Shown one piece after another: positions 56,677 to 64,000 of a stretch of DNA of 64,000 bases; positions within the stretch are counted from its first letter, which is position 1; each line of letters begins with the position of its first letter. This stretch comes from Trichoplax sp. H2 (taxonomy: Eukaryota). Made by a program: the position numbers and the translations under genes. The DNA lies in NCBI GenBank assembly GCA_003344405.1, contig NOWV01000013.1:868001-932000 (forward strand), in the 5' to 3' direction. The notes under the pieces are model-generated. The model was not told the origin of the DNA, ran no database searches, and was given only the letters and a program-made list of their open reading frames with translations.

Positions 56677-59600
56677 GATGAATAAATGTTGTGATTTTAA
56701 TTCAGTCTCAAACGTTCAACAGGTGATAAAAAATAAAAATATTCTTTGATATCCAATAATTTCGTCAACTTAGACTCAAATGGATGACTGTGTATTTACT
56801 TTACGTTGAAATGTAGATTAGTTTGGATTAATTTTACTACCACACGGTAATCGATCGATCTAATCGATTAGATTTATATCGCCGTCAAGTAAACGATTAA
56901 TGAAAAGAAAAAAATGCCGCTGTAACTTTTATACAATCCCTTAACTTAAATACAAATAGGAATGACCTTCTTATTAGTTAAATACAGTTAATGATCGGCC
57001 GTTTCTATTTTATGATGACTCGGTTGCCTAGCAATATGATACGTAAATAAGGTACCAATCTTCAGTTAATTTAAGTGACCCCTTCTCTTCCTCATATCAT
57101 TTATATCACGATCAAAAGCCATTCTTATTGACTTACAATAGCAAAGAAAATCAAGTTTACTTTGTTGTAACTAACAACGATTGTCTATAGTCTTCACGTA
57201 TTTTATGACGCAATCTATGCAAGCAATAGAAATTCAATGTGACGTTGACGTTTTTGGCGAGGCAGAGGATCCTTTCATCATGATAATGAATCATTGTTCA
57301 AACTAGAGGATAATTTTAGTAACGATTGATAAATCCATTGAATAGCCATTTACTAATGATATCTATTTTGTGCTTGAATCTATTTTTATTTCAGTCGTCT
57401 TGGGGGGTAAATTTCTTCCTTGGTAGTCCTATTTCCACGATATTAAGTCAAGTTTAAAATAGAATAGTCAGAAAGAATAAAATGGACGAGATGCAGTGCT
57501 GTAGTAATCAATTGCTGTATGAATTTTGTCGCTAAGATAGTACAATGGATTATGTATTTAGATCTAATAGTAGTAAGATATTTAGCAATAGATGAAATCG
57601 ATTGGAAAATGTTGAAATGAAATGGAAAGAATTTTGTAGTGGCAAGTTAAAAATTGTATCTTGAAATCAGGATGATTTATTTTAGAGCTATTTGGAAGCG
57701 GTATTGGTTGATGAAAAGGGCGAATGAATAGTAATATGTATTAATTTTATATATCTTAGCGACTAAATAATGGCAATCTTCAAATAGTATAGATTTAGAT
57801 GGATGCTCTCCCACAATCAATGGTGGTTGAAGCTGCGGAGGAAATCGAGTAATATCAATCTATAGTTTATTAGTCAAATTACTCATAGTAATCAACAGCT
57901 ATAATATCATAACATTGCCACCAGAATTGTTTTCATTTGCGGCAATCTGAAATCTGTGATGGACTAAGGAGATTTTACTATCGATTGGATGCAATAAGTA
58001 CTTTAATTAGATAAATCAAACCACAACAGGGAGTAATTACTTATTAAGTTTAAATCATAAGATTGTATAGCGGAGTAAGGGTACATCATTTAATCGAGCT
58101 CCTTCCATTTTATAAATTGATATAACAATATCATACTGTAATGCACAAAATTCATAAATCGCGAGCAACTGTTTGTTGATCGTTCAATTTAAAATAACTT
58201 TTATTCATAGGGTGTGTTGCGTTAAGGAAGCACCCTTTCAAATTCAGAAAGTAATTGAAATCGTTGGAGAACTCTGCGTAATTCTGTAATTAATAGAATC
58301 TGTTAACAGCTAGCAATGGTACATAGTTTTAAATACAGCTATAGACTTTATAGAGCTTTTCTCACTATGGATGTAAATAATAAAGAAGCAATTTAATTTA
58401 TCCTGTGTTAAAAATAATACTTAGTAGGATTTCTTCATGATTATGTTGACAGTACAATGAATAAGATATACAATCTGATGGAGTAAGAAATTAATAAGAT
58501 CTACCAATATCACGTGTTCTGATGGTGATAGAGCAAATCACTGTATAGAAAATGTGATTAATGTCACGTACACAGACAGAGGATAAACACACATATGTTG
58601 TACAGTATTCCATTAGTAATTTTATACGATATAGTCTTCAGATATATAGTAGCTATAAACGTATCAGATACTGTATCGCTGATATAATATTTTATTTTGC
58701 TTAGAGTTAATATTGTCTACTTTTAACTTTCTGACGATGGTAGAATAAGTACCGTAGCTTTGGACTTAGACGCACCATTTTATAAAAATTTAATCGAATG
58801 GTACGATTTATTTGTAAATAAGGATGGTGTAATTGTATTCAAATTGTGTCACGTCTTTCCTGCAGTTGCCTCTGTGTACTTGGTGACTAATATCGATATT
58901 CTATTATGCTAAGCTTAGAACTCAACAAAGCTAAATAATATACCAATGGTCATACTTATTATTGGATCCATTTTGTTATTACACGCATTTTTAGAACGAC
59001 ATTTGCACTTTTTTTGGGGTGAATGTGTGCGTCGGCATAATACGGTAAACTGATACTAATACATCTGATCATTTTCAGTCGATAACTTTTCGATAAAAGT
59101 AGTAGCATCATGCAAGGTATTTTTTGCCCACCTTTTAAGTGATATACGAGCATTGCAGATTGTACTGATGACCATACGTATCTCAGTGAGATGCCCAAAA
59201 TTATCCAACATAATTATTAGTCTAAATAGCAGCTCTAGCAATGGTAGAAGAAACAAAGAGGTCAAATAATAACATTCAATAAAGGCGTGTCCTAATATAT
59301 ATGGTATACTAAGTAGAGGAGATCGAATGATTGTTATAGGCAATGAATTACAAAATGATTTTCAATCATAACCAAAGTAAGTAATTCAAACCTTTAATAT
59401 AATTCAATAAATTTAAAAGCCAGGTGTCAAATAAACCAATTACAGTTGCACTACTGAATATATTACATCAGCGTCAGAGGTAATACATTAGAAAGTCTGT
59501 TCACTTCCCATGTAAAAAATGAATTTTCAATGATCATTGGAATTAGTCAGTACAACACATAGTTATTTCAATCATTCATTCCAGTTTATAAAATTATTTC

Positions 59601-59915
59601 CGCAGCGGCATCAACATCAATTTCCAATCTAGTGGTTGATTTAATTTTAGTGGGTAATAATAGAAGATCTTTTCCTTATGTAATTACTTGCTAGTTTTAG
59701 GCAATTGCAAAACAACGAAATCTATCACTGTACAGGCCGAAGTTATAACAAAATGCAAGATCGCGGCATTTTTTATAGACTTTTACAAACAGGGTATACC
59801 ATAAGCTAATGTTAAGCTTAAAAGTCAAATAAATTTTGGATTTCCAAGGTTATTTTCTAAGCAATCATGGAACTTTAAAATGACTCATATCAAGATGGTA
59901 TGATTTTGCCAATGG

Positions 59916-62900
59916 CTAGAATACGTTATCTGAAAAGGAATACAAGTTTACCGATTAAAAAGCTATAACAGCACGGTATATCGATCTTGATTTCCAATTT
60001 ATAACACCTCAACATAATCTAACATAAGAAATTAGTACCCGATGAGCGTAAAACTAAGAATTTCATCAAATCTGATAAGGAGATTATACCCATACAATGT
60101 TGTTGACTATCGACGACAATCAAACGATGCACCTAAAAATCCAGTAAGAACTTATAGATAAGCTTAAAGACAACCTAATTGCATTATTCTACCTATAAGA
60201 TATTATTTAAAAATTACCTGCTTCTCAACTAGTCTGTTAATGACCGCAGATAAGGTTTCATTAGGATAGCAAACAATAACTCCCTCAAGAGTCTAAGAAA
60301 AGGAAATTACAAATGGCCTTTATAATTTCTTCATCAAATAATATGCTATTGACAAATGCATGAATCTACTTACAGACGATCTTTTCTCTAAGGCCTGTCT
60401 GACTGTAACATCCAGATTATTGTAAGAGCGACCCTCTGCTAAATTCTAAGCATAAATAAAATATTAAAGAGAAACTAGTCAATTCTCTTGTAGGATGAAT
60501 ACCGTATACAATTATATTTAACTCTATGAAGCGCCAGTATTAATATGCAGTGTAAGCTACTTACTAATGCATCAAATTTTGCATAAATGTCCATGACTTT
60601 ACCTATAAAGGAATAATATAGAAGAACAAGTTATAAATTACATCAAGCGTAAAATAATTAATCCTAGTTACTTTTGACCTGCTTCATTGACAATTGGAAG
60701 TGCGGAAATTCTACGCTCCATGATTATGTTATGGGCCACTATTAGAGGTGTATCTGGCGATACCTAATGGTTGATGGTGTAGGTTTGAATTACATTGACC
60801 AGATACATTATAGACAGTGATATTGAGGGTCAATACTTGCAAGCCAGTAAAAATTCAAAAAGCAACATGCTAACAGTTTAGATATTTATATTATATGAAT
60901 CATCTGGCATAATTACCATGGCAACATTTTCATACGTTCCAATTCGAAGTTCCTCTACTGTTTGACTCATATATGAAGGAAATCCCATATCTGGAAACTA
61001 GAAGGAATAACGGAAAGTCAATAGAGCGATTAAAATTTCTAGATTCTTAGCATAGAACGACGTTAAAGATATTAATTTAGGGATTGATAACCGATATAAT
61101 CCTATTTCGTTAACTTACGTGTAGGTATAAAAACCTAATAAGCCGTTTATGTGTTATAATATACAGAACTGTACCAGTAGTCTCGTCAATTATTGGTAAT
61201 CGATGAATTTTATGGGTAGTAAGGTATTTTACAGCTTCATATAAACTAGAAAAAAATGATTCACTTATAATTAGTACTGTACCACGGCTATGGTATAAAT
61301 AATATAAGTATATACTGTACTCCTTTAATTTAACAGTTATCTATAATTGTAATTAATCAGTTTTCAAAGAACCTTGATTTAGATTAAAGGTTAATATTTT
61401 GATACCGCATACCTTGCAGATGGTCCAATCGAAATTAATTTGGCATGTTTACTGGATGTCGCTAATTCTGATAAAAAGATAGTTTAGTTAGTAATAGTAG
61501 TACTGTACTGAACTCGCTACCTTCGTCACGATTTTCCATTTTATTACTGCACTAGATTAAAAAATTGCTAGTTACTATTCGTACTTTTCCAAGTTTCAAT
61601 CCTATGATCTTCTAGTTCGGTAATTTGAATCTAATACAAGGTAAAACAAGTTTATACTAGTGATCTACTTTAGATTCAATTGGCCACTGATATCATAATA
61701 ACAAAGTAAATTAATTGTTATTATTGTAAAGTTTAGGTTATCGTTATGGTTAATACCAATGGCGATTTATAATAATGGCGTAAAATTTCGATGAAATCTG
61801 TCACTGTTAACATTCCTACAAAGTATACAACGAAAATATTAACATTTTATAGTTTAGAAATCAGATTATGTTCACTACTGTCAATACTAAAATACTACAA
61901 GCCATACCAACAAATCGTTGTTCTGATGATGACCATAAAGGGGCAGATCGTATTTCTAGTCAAGGAATAAAAAATAAAATTATACAACACAAAATTATCC
62001 TTATTACTTTTGGGATCGGTTGTCTTTATCCTGTTATAGGAATTTAGTAAATTGATATAATATTTTTAAAATGAATCGGCATTGTATAATGCCTAAAAAC
62101 TGAGATTGATATTAGTTAAAATATGTAAAAATTTTTTACTACCCAGACGGAATAGGAAACAGTCTATTTGAATACGACTGAAATGAGGTATTTAGAAATT
62201 ATTATTTTATTGCAGTAACAAAGCTCGCTAAGACAGCTACATCGTCCATACGATCATACTAACCGTTAGCGACTAGTGCAAAGAAAGCTTTTTTCATCTA
62301 ATACAAAAAACGTAATCGATTCAGTTGCAGTTAGTTCTGAGTTTAGTTAATAAAGCGTGATTATACTGTACTGTCCAATATAAATTTGTATATCTTACCG
62401 ATAACTTGGTATCCAGGGTTACAATTTTGGAGCTAGGAGGAATGAGTTCTTCGCATTTTACAGATTTTAAAAATCTCATATAGTTGTCATCCTCCGAATC
62501 TACAAAAGAATTCATTCTGAGCTATCATTGGCATGCTGAGTAGATATTGATTACGATTAATTAATTATTAGGATCAGTAATAGGGTTATCATGTTGAAAT
62601 AATTCTCTTATGCAAGTTTAGAGTGCAGGTAGGGGTAGATAAGTAATGAATGAGAAATTAAATGCTCCGGTGTTACTGTAATGTGATGCAACTAAGGTTA
62701 TCCTTCTAGAACGTTATAAAAGGTAGAGCAATTGTCGATAATTAATAATTGTCTAATTTAACTTACAATTAATTCATTCTTACTGTTTTAGTTAGTTTTT
62801 ATTATTAATTATCTTGAATAACGTGCTACTACATTACAGTACTATGCATACCGTACAATAGCGAGTAAAATAGTGTTTACGATGATAATAATTAAGTAGA

Positions 62901-63956
62901 ATTTATAATCTGAGGACTTGCCTTGTAAAATCATCCTTTCAACTTGAGTGCGAGAATTCTAAGTGTAAAAACAAAGTGTAAGAGGCGGCCGCATGTTGAT
63001 AATAAAATCATCAAGGTGATCATAATATAAAAATATTGACGAGGTAGAAGCAATTCATAAGAGTTTCCATGAGAAAAAAAACGTATCAATGATCTAGGTA
63101 GGTCAATTCATTATTGTAGCGAGTTGATAAAATAAAAAAATAAATAAAACTGATGATATAGCTTGGTGTTGACTCGGTAATTGCGCATTTTTATACAGAT
63201 AGTAAAGCACCGTAAGAACTGATAATAAGATACAGAATAGGGTAATGTAATTCTACTTTGGCGCAAATTAGTTATCCAATAAAATCATTAGATATTTGAA
63301 TCGATTGTATTAGTGATAACTTGTGAACATTCTCACAAGACAACTACAATTTTCACAGTCTTTCTTGAAAATAGAAAAGTGAGAGAAAGTTGATAAAAGT
63401 GCACTGAACTAATCGATGAATGCCCATATTCAAATAAAGTTATGATTTTATTACAGAAATTGTGATGCATGTAGCATTAAGTGATAGCATACAGTCCAGT
63501 TTCTAAAACTGTTCTGTACCGGAAAAGACTGCTATCTTTCATTAGTATAACTTTAAAAGTCAACATTATTTTAGGAATGATCAGAAAAGAAGAAAAAAAA
63601 AGGATAGCGGTCAAGATGTGCTCGTATGAGTTGTTGCATTCAAGTTGAACTAAAACTACTACGATGAAAATATAGAGTACCTTAACTTCTTCTGTTTCCA
63701 TTTCATCATCTTCGATGTTTTGTAAATCCGAAGGTACATAGGCCCTTAAGTTGGGTTTTTCACCTGGATCCGATCGAGATCGTGCTAGCAATCTTTCAGA
63801 TGGGGATGAATCATGAACAGACTGAGAACGTCGGTTACCGGAATTGGTTTTATGAGCAAGTTTATGGGCTGTTTTTTTGGTAGGTGATTTGACCTTAGCA
63901 TTGGATGGATCCACATCGGTATCATCAAATACCGGCATAGCAAATTTGCTGAGATC
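59916..63956 (-). CDS. PRKAG: 5'-AMP-activated protein kinase gamma subunit (CBS domains), 5' end probably beyond the window
   Basis: Exons give [118 protein letters not shown]...[14 protein letters not shown], and a probable last exon DNVF* (59929-59916). An in-frame acceptor at 63957-63958, upstream of the Met at 63938, suggests further 5' exons. Confidence 0.92.
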
Positions 63957-64000
63957 CTATTGTCAATAAAGGTACATTAATAAAATTGGATAATGCCTAG

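Noticed and set aside
58959..59343. Hydrophobic minus-strand ORFs downstream of AMPK gamma
   Set aside because: No family motif or splice support. Probably 3'UTR or intergenic sequence.

Overview
Eukaryotic (animal) genomic DNA: AT-rich, gene-dense, with short GT-AG introns. The composition and gene content suggest an early-branching metazoan such as a placozoan (Trichoplax); this is inference. The ORF track misses most genes because they are spliced, so gene models were rebuilt by hand. From left to right: (1) a ~20 kb tandem segmental duplication of an intron-containing proline iminopeptidase (S33) gene on the minus strand, with two intact copies, one pseudogene and one extra intact orphan first exon, interleaved with ~117-bp and ~210-bp degenerate satellites; (2) a MINDY4/FAM188B deubiquitinase; (3) three two-exon retinol-dehydrogenase-like SDR genes, with a MITE and a minisatellite between them; (4) a small Pro-rich orphan gene; (5) a PNKD/glyoxalase-II-like hydrolase; (6) possible decayed GPCR relics; (7) a PLAT-domain lipoxygenase with an N-terminal acylation motif; (8) the AMPK gamma subunit, 5' end probably outside the window. 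No rRNA, tRNA or CRISPR array was found, and nothing here amounts to a demonstrably new biological system. The most notable items are the duplicated first exon of the peptidase and the substrate-site-focused divergence of the SDR paralogues.
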